Shown: positions 11,829-25,216, counted from the whole stretch's first letter. The stretch is 63,343 bases of DNA, filler included, from Polymyxa betae A26-41 (GCA_003693705.1; 5 parts of 5 records of this genome joined end to end with filler, not necessarily neighbours in it); one strand, 5' to 3'. The notes: generated by a model from the letters alone, not told the origin. A program made the numbers and translations.

Positions 11829-13458
11829 GGGAAAATTTAAATTGACCTACGATTGCTCTACGCTCTACGGATTGATCTACTCCGCGCACTTTTGAAATGC
11901 TCTATAAATTGATCAATTTTGACGGAAATCAGACAATTGACCTACAAAATGATCTACTTTCTCGAAAATGATCTATTTTTGACCTACTCCACGGATAGTT
12001 AATTGCGACCTACTAATTGATCTACTGTCACCAATTTGATCTACAAATTGATCTACTAAACCCTAAACCCTAATCCAAGCTTTGTAAATTTGAATGGATG
12101 TGAGTGCCTGGTTCATTGAAATTAGATACTTATTTCTCGGTGAAAATGTGACCATAATGCACATATTAGAAGATTTGATTGATGCAGATTTTCGTCGCGG
12201 GACTTTACAATCTCAATGTCCATTTCACTTGAAGAACATTGGTTTCTCAGTTTGTCGATATCGAAAAAACAATGATCGTAAGGTCGAGATGGTAGCGAGC
12301 AGTGTAGCTATCACGTGAAGTTTCAAACAATTGTGTGTGGAGTTTGAGTTTTTGTTCGATTTTGTATAAATCCGTCACGGACACCGCAATTCTGCAGCTG
12401 CGATAATCAATAGCTGGGGACCAATCTGCCAACATCGAATCATGCCGAACGCTGCAAACCCTCCCGTCTATCTAGGTGGATTTACGTATATCTATAATCG
12501 CACCGGGTTAAGCGGAGTGAAGTATTTTCGCTGCCATAAGTACCGAGTGACCCAGAAACGTTCGCAGGCATGCTCTGCAACTATTGCTTTGAATCCAGAC
12601 GGCTCATTGAAAAACCATTGTACTGAGGAGGAGCATAGCTGCACTCCATGTAACGGAGATCAGTTTGTTGATGTTGAACAAGAGGTAACCAACAACCACG
12701 CCAGCAGGGTCCGCTTTTTTATTTAAATTTGTTTAAATTTGCAGATGACATCAATGATCGACAGTATTGCCAGCTCTGAGAGGCATCGAACTGCCACCGA
12801 AATCTGGCAGCAAGTATCACGGGATATTCTGGCCCAATACCAAGCTGTTCCAATTCGATGAAAAAAGCTACAGCGATTGCCAGAATTCAATATATTAAGA
12901 ATGGCGGGGTTAGAGCGGATCGGCTTCGCGATATTGAAGAAACAGATTTGGCTTTACTGTCCGATCAATCCTCCCCATTCCTTGCGTTCAATACTCCGGT
13001 TTTTGAAGGAGTTGTTCAGCATAGATTAACAGGATGGGGGGTTCCAGGATTATACAAACTGTTGAAAACTCCGAACATCCATCTGTTCATTGATTGCACT
13101 TTTCGCATTGCCCCAAAGCCTTTCAAGCAATTGATGATATTCATGATTCGTGCTACGGATTTGTATCTCCCTGTGTTTTATGTTTTAATGACTGCCCGGA
13201 CGGCGTTCTTATACCGCTTTGCATTCAATTTAGTCAACGCTGTTATTGGCTGTCCTGTACGCCCTATTCAAATTTACTGCGATTTTGAAAATGCATTGAT
13301 TAGCGCAATCAAAGGTAACTCCGCGGAAACAAACTTATGTCTGTTCATTTGTTCTTAGGCGTTATGGGGCCTCAAGCGTCAATCATTGGATGTTTATTTC
13401 ATTGGAAGAAGGCTCTTCGAACCAAATTAATTGATAAGTTGAAAGTTGATCATGACAC
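11829..13458 (+). mobile_element. Mutator-like (MULE) DNA transposon, left part, truncated by Copia
   Basis: Terminus GGGAAAA at 11829 with many tga(t/c)ctac subterminal repeats to ~12057, followed by a transposase gene. Confidence 0.75.
12442..13458 (+). pseudogene. MULE transposase with two introns
   Basis: FLYWCH/WRKY-like finger (FTY...YFRC...CSA...HSC), FIDCTF, LPVFYVLM, CDFENAL, and GCLFHW after the second intron. Introns 12685-12744 and ~13315-13358; frameshift near 12857. Confidence 0.8.
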
Positions 13459-13699
13459 TGTAGAATGTGGGCGTCGACCCGACCACTAGTTCGGAACATT
13501 CCAGCCCCCGAACGCGGCCTCCTCCGGATGCCGCCACGGCGTACGAAATAATACAGAATAACAACCGATCCGTGTGTTGATCTAGCCTTCGCTCCCCACC
13601 GTCGTAGAACTTGTTGAAGACGAAGTAACGGACGATGACGACAGCGGAAACCCATCCTGGAAGCGGCAGCAAGCAGTCTACGACCAAGGGATCAGAACA
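13459..13699 (+). repeat. Copia 5' LTR
   Basis: Matches 17736-17977 except for 5 substitutions and 1 indel. Confidence 0.95.
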
Positions 13700-16600
13700 G
13701 GTTATGGGCCCAGTCCACGCGGCTGTCACATTCCCCGGTCCAAGACTAAACGGAAAGAACTGGTCGAAGTTCTCGTTCGCGTTCCAAGCATTCTTACGTG
13801 GGTTACGGATGGGGCACCTTCTGGACAACCCTCAGGCTACTGGAGAGGATGCCGACATCTGCTACTCTCTCCTGGTGGGAGCAGTAGAGCCTGACCAGCT
13901 GGACATTCTCTTCGAGACTCAGACTCCCGGTCAAGCTTGGGCGTCCCTCAAGAAAGCCTACCAGAATGTCAGCAGCCAGAGAGTTGTCATGCTCTCCCAC
14001 GAATTTCGTCGGGCCAAGATGCGTGACGGGCAGAGCGTTCAAGAGTTCACCAGCCACATGCTGGAACTTACCCGTCAGATCAAGGCGGCAGGAGGCGCCG
14101 AAATCACCGATATGGACTTCTTTACAACTGTCCTGTTGGCAGTACAGGATCTATCCGGTTCTCTATCGTTGTCGAATGCCTACTCAACGGCAGCGTCCTC
14201 CCCAAGGCAGAGCTCATCGCTCGTCTGCGGGAAGCCGAAAAGCGCGCGCACCAGAGATCGCCTGTCGAGCCTCAAGCGGCACTGGTTGCCGATGTCAAGA
14301 AGCGTGGTAAAGGACGAAACCGGAAGAAACCCGGCAAGGGTAATAACCAAGGCTTAAAAGATTCCGAAGACGATGACAAATGCCGACGATGCGGTCAAAC
14401 TGGTCACTGGGCGAGAGGCTGTCGCGCGAAGGTCCCACAGAAATCGGACAAGAGCAAGAACCAGCAGGAAGCTAATGCCACCGACCAGTACCTGTTCGCA
14501 GCGACCGAATGCTCTTCAACATCAGGCTCGTGGCTTATGGACAGTGGCGCATCGTCCCACATGGTAAACCGTTTTGACTACCTGTACGAAGCAAGAGAGC
14601 TATCACCCCTCGTCCGGGTCGTCCTTGGAAACGGCGATAGTGTATACGCAACGCATATCGGCCGTGTGATGTTGACCCCACACATCACCCTCAAGAATGC
14701 TCTCTACTTCAAGGGCCTGCGCGAGAACCTTCTCTCTACAACAGCGGCCTGCAAGACCGACGGCATCGAAGCCAAGCAAGTCAAGGACAAGTACGACATC
14801 GTTAAGGACGGACGCGTGCTGATATCGGTATCCCGGAATGGTGGTATGTTTCGCTTTAACGCGATCCCCACGAAGCTCGACCCGACAGGACAAGAGGTTG
14901 CCATGCCAATTATTGAAGAGCTTCATCGACGATGTGGTCACTCATGCTACGCGACGATAAAGGAGATGATATCATCCGGCATCCTACCGAAGCCAGATTC
15001 CGAGGTCACGACGACTCCATGCGACGTTTGCGCTAAGGGTAAGATGACAAGGCTTCCTATTCCTAAACAGGGAACCAATGCACCACGGAAAATCGGTGAA
15101 CTCGTTCACAGCGACCTCTGTGGCCCAATGCCTACGCAATCCATTCAAGGGAGCAAGTACATCGCGACGTACATCGACGACGCCACTAACTTCGTGCACG
15201 TGGCCTTCCTAAAAGAGAAGTCGGACAAGCTTCAAGAATTCATCGCGTACGATCGCGCCATGGAAAAGCAGTTCGATGCACCAGTCCGGATTTTCCGGTC
15301 CGACGGAGGCGGAGAGTACACAAGCAAAGCAGCAGCAGAGTACATGCGAAGCCGCGGGATCAAGTTTGAGCGCTCGACGCCCGGCACTCCGCAGCAGAAC
15401 GGCAAAGCAGAGCGTATGAATCGGACCCTTTGCGAGATGGAGCGATGCTTGAGAGCCGACGCTCAGCTACCCAAATGGTATTGGGAATACGCCATCAAGA
15501 TGGCCGCCTTCATAAGGAACCGGACACCAACATCCTCTAACGCGCTCCGAGCGACGCCCTTCGAACTCCTCTTCGGTCACGTACCTGATCTCTCCGATCT
15601 TCCCATCTTCGGATCAAAGGTGGAGGTTCACGTTCCCGACCGGGCGAGAGACAAGCTCGACATGAAATCAAGGAGCTGTATCTTCCTAGGATACGCTGAC
15701 GGTATGAAAGCATGCATATTCGAAGACTTATCTGATCGTAAGCGATTTGTTTCACGTGATTGGCGACCATCAGGGGAGCCGACAGCTGTCGAGGTGCAGA
15801 TGGACGAAGAGGAAGACGAACTAGAAACGGAAGACCAGCCCCTACCGAATCCGAGCGGCAACATCACAGTCATGGTCGGCCTACCAAGTAGTCGGGCAAC
15901 CGGCAACGTCCGTGCGCCGAGCCAGGATGCCGATCCGAATAGTGACGTCGAGCCACAGCAGCAACATCAAGAAAGATCGTCCGGGATCGCCAGTGAACGA
16001 TCGACTACCAGCATTCGAAGGCAAGTGCAGCAACCTCGTGTCAGCACTGGCCGAGGGAGACCTGCATCAACGTCAGCACCAGGAGCTGTACCAGTGGCAA
16101 TAAACGTACGAAGGTCGAGCCGAAACCCTGCTCCTCGCGACTTCTTCTCAAACACGCAATCACTGGGGATGGCGGTCGACATCGACGACGAGCCACGGTC
16201 CGCTCAGCAAGCCTTGTCAGAAGTCAAGTGGCGCAAGGCCATGGAAGAGGAGTTCGCCGCTTTGCAAAAGAATGGAACATGGAAGCTAGTCGAAGAACCG
16301 AAGGGAAGGAACATCATCGGAGGGAAATGGTGCTTCAAGGCGAAGCGGGATGCTGAAGGGAACATAGTAAGATGCAAGGCTCGATACGTTGCTCGCGGTT
16401 TTACCCAACAGGCCGGCGTCGACTATGATGAGACTTTCTCCCCCGTTGTCTCTCTGACATCTTTGCGATGCGTGCTCTCGATCGCGGCGGAGTCTGGTAT
16501 GTATCTGCGACAGCTTGACGTCAACACAGCCTTCCTGTATGGCGACCTGGAGGAAGAACTGTACCTCGAGCAACCAGAAGACTTCGAACAGGAGACGACC

Positions 16601-17740
16601 GACGGCAAGAAGGCGGTCTGCCGGCTGCGGAAGGCTATCTACGGCCTAAAGCAAGCTGGGCGGGTATGGTGGAAACAAGTCGATGATTACCTACAGCAGA
16701 CGGGCTTTATCAGCACTACCAGCGACCCTTGCGTTTACGTTAGCAGCGACGCCGACGGCATCACTATAATCTGCATCTACGTCGACGACCTTGGTTCTCG
16801 CAGCGACTTCAAACAAACGTCTGGACAAGCTCGAAGGACTCCTCCGTCAGAAGTATTCCATGAAGCCCACCGGTGACCTATCATTTGTTTTAGGAATCAA
16901 AATTCACAAGATCGAGACGCCAAGACGATTACCCTGTCGCAGAGCGCCTACGCGAAGAGTATTCTCGAGCGATTCGGGATGGAGACCTGTAAACCTCTGA
17001 CGACGCCTTCTGCGGTGGGAGCGACGCTGACCCGCCAAGACGGCGATGTCTCGAAATATCCCTACTCACAGGCTGTCGGCTCGTTGATGTACTTAATGCA
17101 AGGAACAAGACCTGACCTGGCTCATGCGGTTGGAGTCGCGTCACGCTTCAGCAACAATCCAGGTCCTGAGCACGTCGCGTCTTTAAAGCGGATCATGCGA
17201 TACCTACAAGGCACGATGGAGTTATCTATCAAGTACGGTGGCCAACCCCAGACGCTGACCTGTTATGTCGACGCTGACTTCGCGGGCGACTTCGAGGACC
17301 GCAAGTCGACGACCGGGTACGTGTTCCTGATGAGCGGCGGTCCCGTCAGCTGGGCCAGCCGGCGACAAGGGTGTGTCGCTCTGTCGACGACCGAAGCCGA
17401 GTACGTGGCCTTGGGGACGGCGACAGGAGAGACTATGTGGCTGCGCACTCTCCTCACCGAGGTGGGCTGAACGCAGACGGAGGCCACGCCCATGCACGAG
17501 GACAACCAGGGTGCGATCGCGGTGGCGACGAGTGAGAAGTCAAGTCGACGAACGAAGCACATAGACGTGAAGTACCACTACGTCGGAGAGGCCGTGAAAA
17601 AGTGCGCAGTGAAAACTATCTACTGCCCAGCGGACATTATGTTGGCGGACATTTTAACTAAGGCGATCCCGGCACAGCGATTTCAAGACCTACGTGCCCA
17701 TCTCCTACATGGAAACGTCGCGTCGACGGGGGGAGTGTAG
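13635..17740 (+). pseudogene. Copia gag-pol polyprotein with frameshifts and a stop
   Basis: Frameshifts near 14150 and 16790-16920; in-frame TGA at 17468-17470. Confidence 0.9.
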
Positions 17741-17977
17741 AATGTGGGCGTCGACCCGACCACTAGTTCGGAACATTCCAGCCCCCGAACGCGGCCTCCT
17801 CCGGATGCCGCCACGGCGTACGAAATAATACAGAATAGCAACCGATCCGTGTGTTGATCTAGCCTTCGCTCCCCACCGTCGTAGAACTTGTTGAAGACGA
17901 AGTTAACGGACGATGACGACAGCGGAAACCCAGCCCGGAAGCGGCAGCAAGCAGTCTACGACCAAGGGATCTCAACA
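17736..17977 (+). repeat. Copia 3' LTR
   Basis: Follows the PPT; TG...CA. Confidence 0.95.
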
Positions 17978-19041
17978 AAGACAAGCAGTGGGATCGCTTT
18001 ACACCTGCTGTTCAAATGTTCATGAACGCCAAGATTGCTTCAGCCCATAACTCTTCCCCATTCAGTGTAATGTTTGGGCGTGCATTCAATCTGCTGGGCG
18101 ACTATTCAGAAGATCGACTGCTTTCAGGCGAAGAATTACAACAGTCATATAGCAAGGTGCGAGAGCGTATGCAGTTCATGAGCGATGTTCTTTTTCCGGC
18201 TATTGAAGATCGTCTCCTCGGTCATGCAGCCCGTGCAATTACTGTCTTTTCTCGCTCAAAGAAGATTTTGAAAGAGATTTTTTCCAGTTGGTTCGTTTGT
18301 CATGATCTTGGACCCCAAGCGCTCTGCTAAGACTCAGCCTGTTTACGAAGGGCCATATAAGGTGCTTCGACGTACCAGAGGAGGCAGCTACCGGCTCCTT
18401 GACCACGACCAACAGCTTTATCAACGAGCAGTAGCGCCTGCCCACATGAAGTTGGTTTCGAAAGATCCGGCTCAAGATCCTCTTTCATTTGTTGTCGACC
18501 GCATCATCGCGCATTGTGGTCCACCTTCTAGTCGTCAATATCTTGTGCGATGGAAAGGCCAAGGTGCGTCGGATGACAGTTGGGAGCCCCAAATTAACTT
18601 CGATGACGAACAAATCATCCGAGACTACTGGCGTCGCCTTTCTCCTTACCCACCATCTCATCTGGCGGGGGGTAATGTCGCGAACAACACCAGCAACCCT
18701 AACCCTAAAACCCTAGGTCCAGCAATTAGAAAGGGGGAGCCTCCCAAAACCCATGAAGAGGCCGCGTCCGTGGAGTCGCCTTCCGATGATGGCAAAGAGG
18801 CCGATCCTGCGCAGCCCACAAGAGAGGCCGCTCCCGACAAAGCAACTGCTTTGACTAACAGCGTCCCGGTACGACCTGTGCGCAAGTGTCGTTTCTATTG
18901 AGCGACGAGTGCGCAACCCTGTGACCTGTCCTGACCTGTCCTGTTTCTGTGTCCTTTTTTATCATTATTCTTTTGGAAATAAAGCGTGGTTCAATTCCGC
19001 TTGACCACTGTCTGTCGACTTCCTTGAGAGTGATCACCACA
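17978..19041 (+). mobile_element. Ty3/Gypsy 3' fragment (integrase C-terminus, chromodomain, 3' LTR ~18676-19041)
   Basis: SPFSVMFGR, YEGPYKV and chromodomain YLVRWKG...SWEP. G-rich PPT, then TGTCG...AATAAA...CACA. Confidence 0.85.
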
Positions 19042-19099
19042 CTCTCTTATCGATTGTTTTAAAGTCAGTATTTCCCTTCTTCTCAAAATGCTTTTAGGC

Positions 19100-20160
19100 G
19101 ATTCTTTCATTTTTTGCACTTTTTGAGCTGACGTTAAATGGTGTTTTGTCAATACTATGTCGACATGTATCTTCTAATTCCAAATCAATGTTCTTAAGAT
19201 GTATTCGGGCCCGTGTATGACCTTGCTCGTACACGATTTAGTAACGGAGGTGTTGCGTCGATTCGTATCTTGATGTTTCTTTTTCGGTGTTTACTGTTAT
19301 ATATCCATTTCGTATTGGGATTCTCTCGGGGTTGTTGGAAAATCTGCTTTGCTTAACATTGCAGTTTAAATAGGTCCGAAGAGTTTTCATCTCACTATTT
19401 TTACGCTGCAACATATAGGACGAGATCAATGGGTCATCATCGATTTCGTCGCCGTTTGTTGCAGTTTTCTTTGCAAGGTCATTTATTTCGTCATGACTCT
19501 TGATAAAATGCAGCTCTACAGTATTATCTCGCAGGAGATCAGCAAGTTTCTCGGCTACATTATGGACTACTGATTTTGTGAATCTGCGATTGTATGGTAA
19601 TGTATGGAGTTGCTGTATACATGATAGAGAATCTGTAAGGATATGAATATCTCCCTGTGAAGATGTTAAAGAGAATCTCATCGTTATACGTAAGCTGTGT
19701 AATTTGCGAGATGAAATAATCGACTCGATCAATAAGCTTGATTCTTGCAGACTCGACAATGTGTATCGCCGCGGCTGTGTTAGATCAGCCTCCCAGAGTT
19801 TGATCAATGCCCTATTTAGATAAAGAGCTCACATTCGTCAATTAGTTTCTGAGTGTCTGTTCCTATGCAATCCTGGCCTCTATACCAACGACTCGCTCTT
19901 GGAAGCCTCATGATCACTGGGTGTAATGTCAAAAACGGCTCTGGGCAATGCTGTGATAGTGTTGGAAAGCGCCGGTAGTAGTCTTTATGTGAGGCAAAGT
20001 TCACTACGCTCTCGTAAAAAACAAAAAGGGTTTTGACATCCACTAAATATCCTTGTTTTCAGAATTGACTAAACGAATGGTGTCAATATGCAATAGAAAG
20101 TATCCGGATTGTTGGAGATGGATTTAGCAAGCAGCATTTTTCCTACATAAATGCGAGGCA
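19100..20160 (-). mobile_element. Degenerate non-LTR (LINE) retrotransposon with RNase H
   Basis: HILTDSLSCIQQL...LHFIKSH...DLAK is an RNase H of LINE type; similar to 59750-60110. Boundaries approximate. Confidence 0.7.
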
Positions 20161-20307
20161 GAAGCGACCAAATTGTCATGCCCAAGACCCATCAATCAAG
20201 GCCCATACGGCGCGGCCTCCGATCCGACAGTCGCGTGCCTTGAAATCAAGGACACGCACCCGGACTTTTACTCCTGTCTTGTTTCAAACTTTCATTTTCA
20301 TTCATTC

Positions 20308-22506
20308 TCAATACAAGCTCTGGTTCCAACCGTCCAGACTTTCGTCTCTCATCTCGTACTTTCTTAGCTCTGTGCTTGACACAAATGCATGTGTATTAAA
20401 ATCATTCAGACAGTTGTTCGAGATCTCGTCGACAATGAGGGCCGTTGAATGCGCTCTCGCTCGCCGCCATGATATCGTTTGCACAATCAATGAGTACGGG
20501 CATGCATGGAGCTGAATTATCCGTTCAACAGCTCGGCGAACTCTGGACGATTTGAGGCTGAAGAGAGAAGTTTGACCTGGTCGTCTCTGATGTCAATTCT
20601 GGCGGCGGCATCAGACAGCTGGTCCATTGCAAACTGCGAATTCTCCAATAAAGGATGCTTGAGGACGTCAATGCAGACTTTCGCGAGGTGGTCCTTGTGA
20701 ATGGCAGGAAGGGCGCCCAGAACTACATCCAGTAGATTACGTTTGAAATGTTCCGAGAAACGCCAGATGTTTAGCAGATATGAAGCTGATTTTGCATCAA
20801 TTTCAAATTGATTACAATCATCGGGCAGAGATGTAGCGCTCACCAACCTGAATGTTGGATCAAATTTTCTGGATTCTTCATGAAACTTTAGTAAAGATGA
20901 GAGAGAACACACTTACAAGTTGCTAAGACGAATGATATCGAGAGAGTCGTTTGCGATTTGCGCCTTGGAACTGCCGATAGCCGAATAGGCTTCGTGATTT
21001 CGGACTGATGGCTTATTCATTAGAATACGATGCGATTCGGCCATGAAGTTTTGCGCAAGAGGATCAAGCTCCAAGATATGGTTGACAGATGCAATATCAA
21101 AACTGTCACACCCATTGTCAAAAAATGAAAAGTTCCAAGAAAACGCAGAAAAACATGAAAACTTCCAAGAAAAAGCTCAAAGGCGAAGAAGAAAACCGGT
21201 ATCATGTTGAGATAATGATGTGAATATAATAATATGGCTGTCTAGAACACAAGTTGAGGTAAATCCGAAACATTTGGAAAGTAAAAACAAAATCATCATG
21301 AAGAACCGATCACCGACCCTGTTGGATGAGAGGTTTTGAGGCTGTTCGACCAGCAATCTTTGTAAAGTTGTTGATCCTGAGCAGCCCTTCCAGCAATCTT
21401 AGAAATTCTTTGACGACTGTTTGATCGCAGGCTTACAATGAATGACGCGCTAATCCCTTAAACAGCCACATCTCATTCGGGATATGTTGGAGATATCTGG
21501 GCAGATCTTCCACCACGAAATTCTTCATCAGATCAATTATACGATATCCGAATGGCGTTTCGTATTGGGGGCTGTAAACCAAATCTCAAAATCCAATGAT
21601 ATTGAAGGCAGAAGCAATACGCATCGTGTGTCAGCATCATCGAGAACGCCGAATCCTTCGTCTTATCGGATATCATGAGGAATCGAATTACGGTTTCGTC
21701 ACAATATTCGTCCTTATTGCAACTTGGATGTAAAGCGCCTTTAATCTCGTCGAATAAACAATTACCCGTGCTTGCGTCCGGAGCCCTCTTTTGCGATCTT
21801 CGCCTCATATTTAAGCATTAGGTCACGAATCAAAGATTCGAATAGTTCGGTCCACCAGAAGGGAGACAGTTTCTGAGAAAGGCGGATAGAAATTTCTTGA
21901 GCTGACGAATGAGACAGATTCTGAATTAAGATGTCCCAGAAAGTCCGAATTTTACTTCCTCTGCTGAAGTGCGATTCCAGTATGGAGTCATTATTATCGA
22001 TGATGGCGTCGTACCTGTCCCATGATGGTGTCACGATTCGGTTTAAAGTCGAGATTGGAGAGTAAACGGTCGCAGAATTCGTGAGCGAGTTGGAGTTGGT
22101 TGGAAGATTTCATGCTGGAGATAATTTGCTGAGATTTCGGAGTGAAATCATCGAATTGTTGAGCAACCTCCAATAGAGTGATAACAAGATCGGGTGATGT
22201 TGGAGGAAAGACTGCTAGAAGACGGGTTCCGAATTCAACTTTGCCAAATTTCTCGGATGTGAGAAGATCTTCGATCAGTTGATTGTCATAATGACGGGCA
22301 AATGACAACAATGAATAATCCTGTGATGATGATAAGAATGATGATTTTGGATTGTAATATTTAATGCGTTCGCGAATAGCATCCAGAGACTCCTGATCAA
22401 GACTGTTATCATTGGGAAGATTCGGACCAAGAGAGGAGATCTTAGAAGCCAACGTCAGCGACGCTGTAGCGAGCAGAGGAGCAAGTATGGAGGACAGTGC
22501 AGACAT
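20308..22506 (-). pseudogene. Frameshifted gene for a putative secreted hypothetical protein
   Basis: Leader MSALSSILAPLLATASLTLA. Overlapping helical ORFs 21994-22506, 21762-22034 and 21533-21808 join by single-base shifts, with further pieces at 20517-20912 and 20308-20490. Confidence 0.5.
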
Positions 22507-22666
22507 TATTAATAAAGGAGGTCGAATGGAAAATGGACAGGCCTGTCTTTGGCTCAATCAGGTGGTAGGATAAACTGCGTCAAAGATTGATTTTTTGAAA
22601 TGGGCACAGCTGTATGCAGATTAATCTCTTCAAATGGACACAGCTGTATGCAGATTACTCTGTCCA

Positions 22667-22976
22667 AATGGGCTCATCAGGATGCAGATTGATCCAATGC
22701 CCAGATCCCAACCGAGGCGGAAATCTTAAACCTACAATTCCAGTATGGGAGTTCAGTCAAACACAGAGAAATTACTCTGAGGACCCTACTGGACACAAAC
22801 TCTTAGAAAACGGAGAAATAGAATGGGCTCATCAGGATGCAGATTGATCCAATGCCCAGATCCCAACCGAGGCGGAAATCTTAAACCTACAATTCCAGTA
22901 TGGGAGTTCAGTCAAACACAGAGAAATTACTCTGAGGACCCTACTGGACACAAACTCTTAGAAAACGGAGAAATAG
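22667..22976. repeat. Perfect 155-bp tandem duplication
   Basis: 22667-22821 is identical to 22822-22976. Confidence 0.95.
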
Positions 22977-23880
22977 TTGAGTAACCTCCAAAAATGAAGT
23001 CAACCTTCCAAAATATATTTTGCTTACGGATACCGGTATACCGTTGCGGACAGCTTAACTCTGTAAGTAAGTGCCTATTGGATCGGAAAGGTGCGTAGTA
23101 GAAATGCAATGATTTGTCAAACAAGACCAGAAGTGCCTATATTAAAACTGCGAGGGTTGCGCTATCTGTGAGACTGGCGCATATAAATTCGCGTAGAGGA
23201 ATACTATCTGTTTAGGGGTGACAACGACAAAAAAGATTCCGCAGCGCAGAAAAATTTGTACTTCGTGTAGACAAATATGTTCTGCCAACGCTGTGGAAAG
23301 CCTGATGGGGGCAAATCTTTCTAGCTGTCGACAGATAAGACGGACAGCCGCTGTCGGCAGATGCTGCCTGCCCGACACTGACCGTCGCCGATCTATATCG
23401 CGATTTACAAACGCCTTTTAATAGAAGATATATTCCTGTATGCCCCGATCGTTCGACCCAATTTTGTTTCTGCCAGCTTTGATAGCAATGAACCAGCTGA
23501 ATGCGAACGTTAGCGATCACGACGTTAGACCCTCAATGAAGCCCGACGAACTCATTCAGGCAGCCATGATTTGGCTGTTGTTTTGGCCCCTAGCAAAAGC
23601 AGCAGAAAGCGTGACTGGCCACATTTTGATGACCGAATCCGACCTGCTCTTAGGAATTTTCCTAATGCAAGAAAGTCAGGCCGTCATTGCTCAGCCAGCC
23701 TATACTTTAGTGTAGCGTCAAGCGACGGACATAGAAACGGCAGGAGTGCGAAAACATAGAGAACTTTAAGGCGGTAATCGCTGGAAAGCGTCCTGATATA
23801 CTTCTCACTAATTGATTACAGAAAGTGTTATAAACCACATCTGTGCTAATCAGCGCTCGATGTCAACATTTGGCGATATA

Positions 23881-25216
23881 CAGTCCTCCCTCTCTATAAC
23901 GACACTCTTTATAACGACATCTCCATATCCCGTTATGTTACATTGCTAATGATTCTCAACATCAATGACATTGCGGCGCGGACCATCTCTGCCAGATTAG
24001 AATCTTATTGGGCTCTTTGATTCTCATCTCGATCATTAACAATACAAACTTGATTTATCTACCATTGCCTCGCCACTTTTAGACAGGGGTGCCGAAATAA
24101 TTATTCTTATTTATTCCTCATCAATTGCAACAGGAATAGAATTATTTTTCCAAAAAATCTTGTCCAAAGGAATTATTCCCTAATTGGGCACGCTGGGAAT
24201 ATCTTATTCCGGAATAAGTCCTGTTTATTCCCATAATTTATAAAGAGGGTTTCGTTCCATAAAAGAGAGTTCGCTTTTAGAAAAAAATCTGTCTCTACTT
24301 TTTCAGGAAGCAGTCCTTGTCAGGTTTTAGAGAAGATATATCCCGGCAGGCTAAACATCTTTCACAAACATTTGTGGTAGGACGAATAAAGCGAAGATCG
24401 ATGTAACGACAACTTTCGCGATCGTCACCAGTTTTTCGCTTTTTGATCTTCCGAATCTCTGCGATCAAGCCACTGCCGGCAACCGGTTCGTCATCAGTAA
24501 GCTCCGCACTACGTGACAACATGGATAGGAATAACATGAACTTATTCCTCGTCCTCTCGCTGGAATAATTCCTCACCAACTTTGCGTACTTAGGAATAAT
24601 TCTCCAGTGATCTCTGACCGGAATAAATTATTCCCACTCTGGAATAAGAATTATTCCTCAAGGGAATTATTTATTCGGCACCCCTGCTTTTAGAGTCTTA
24701 GACTAGCCAACTAGAGGGTTAGCATTGGGTCTGGCTCTCAGACCCTTTATCATATGGTCACTTCTCTCCTTCGAGAAAGAAAGAGCCGTTCGAGATAGCC
24801 GAGAAACTGCTGATTTGCCGAGAATACAATGATAACATTAAAGAGAAAAAAACTAAAATCGCAGAGCTGGTTTCTGAAAGATTGGGTTATTCCGCTCGAC
24901 TATTTCTGACTTTGTAACAGACCTTGGAAGTACAAGAGTCAAGTGAGCAAACTGACGTTAACGACGACAAATCGAAGCACATCGAAAATTAGCTAAGCAC
25001 TTTTCGGCATAACTCCCAAGAACTGCCATAAGAACTTCAAGAAGTTTGTAAAGCTTTAATTTTGTATCTATTCAAGAAAAATGATTCCTGTAATTACTGC
25101 GAGTTAATACATATAAATGGTCCATAGTCCGTTAGGAACCCAATATATTTTTATAACGACAGTGTCGTCATAAAAAAAGAAAACCCCGCCAGTATCGTTA
25201 TAGAGAGGGAAGACAG
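23881..25216. mobile_element. Tc1/mariner (pogo/Tigger-like) non-autonomous element
   Basis: TIR cagtcctccctctctataacga, with inverted tcgttatagagagggaagacag; TA on both sides. Confidence 0.8.
24084..24686 (-). mobile_element. Non-autonomous hAT derivative
   Basis: TIR caggggtgccgaa; 8-bp TSD cttttaga (24076-24083 and 24687-24694); remnant of the dimerisation domain (FIRPTTNVCER); ggaataa subterminal repeats. Confidence 0.9.

Larger units (their letters stand above)
13459..17977 (+). mobile_element. Ty1/Copia LTR retrotransposon (full structure, defective)
   Basis: LTRs 13459-13699 and 17736-17977 (TG...CA). PBS ggttatgggcccagt at 13700. PPT ggggggag at 17728-17735. Order gag-PR(DSGAS)-IN(HSD, RSDGGGEY, NGKAER)-RT(YVDD)-RH(DADF, TEAEY, EDNQ). 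Confidence 0.97.

Noticed and set aside
17468-17470. In-frame TGA in Copia RNase H as evidence of stop-codon reassignment
   Set aside because: The element has several other lesions and the position is not a conserved Trp.
22667-22976. 155-bp tandem repeat as a CRISPR or functional array
   Set aside because: Only two identical units and no spacers. It is about read length, so possibly an assembly artefact; the same caution applies to 56887-57213.
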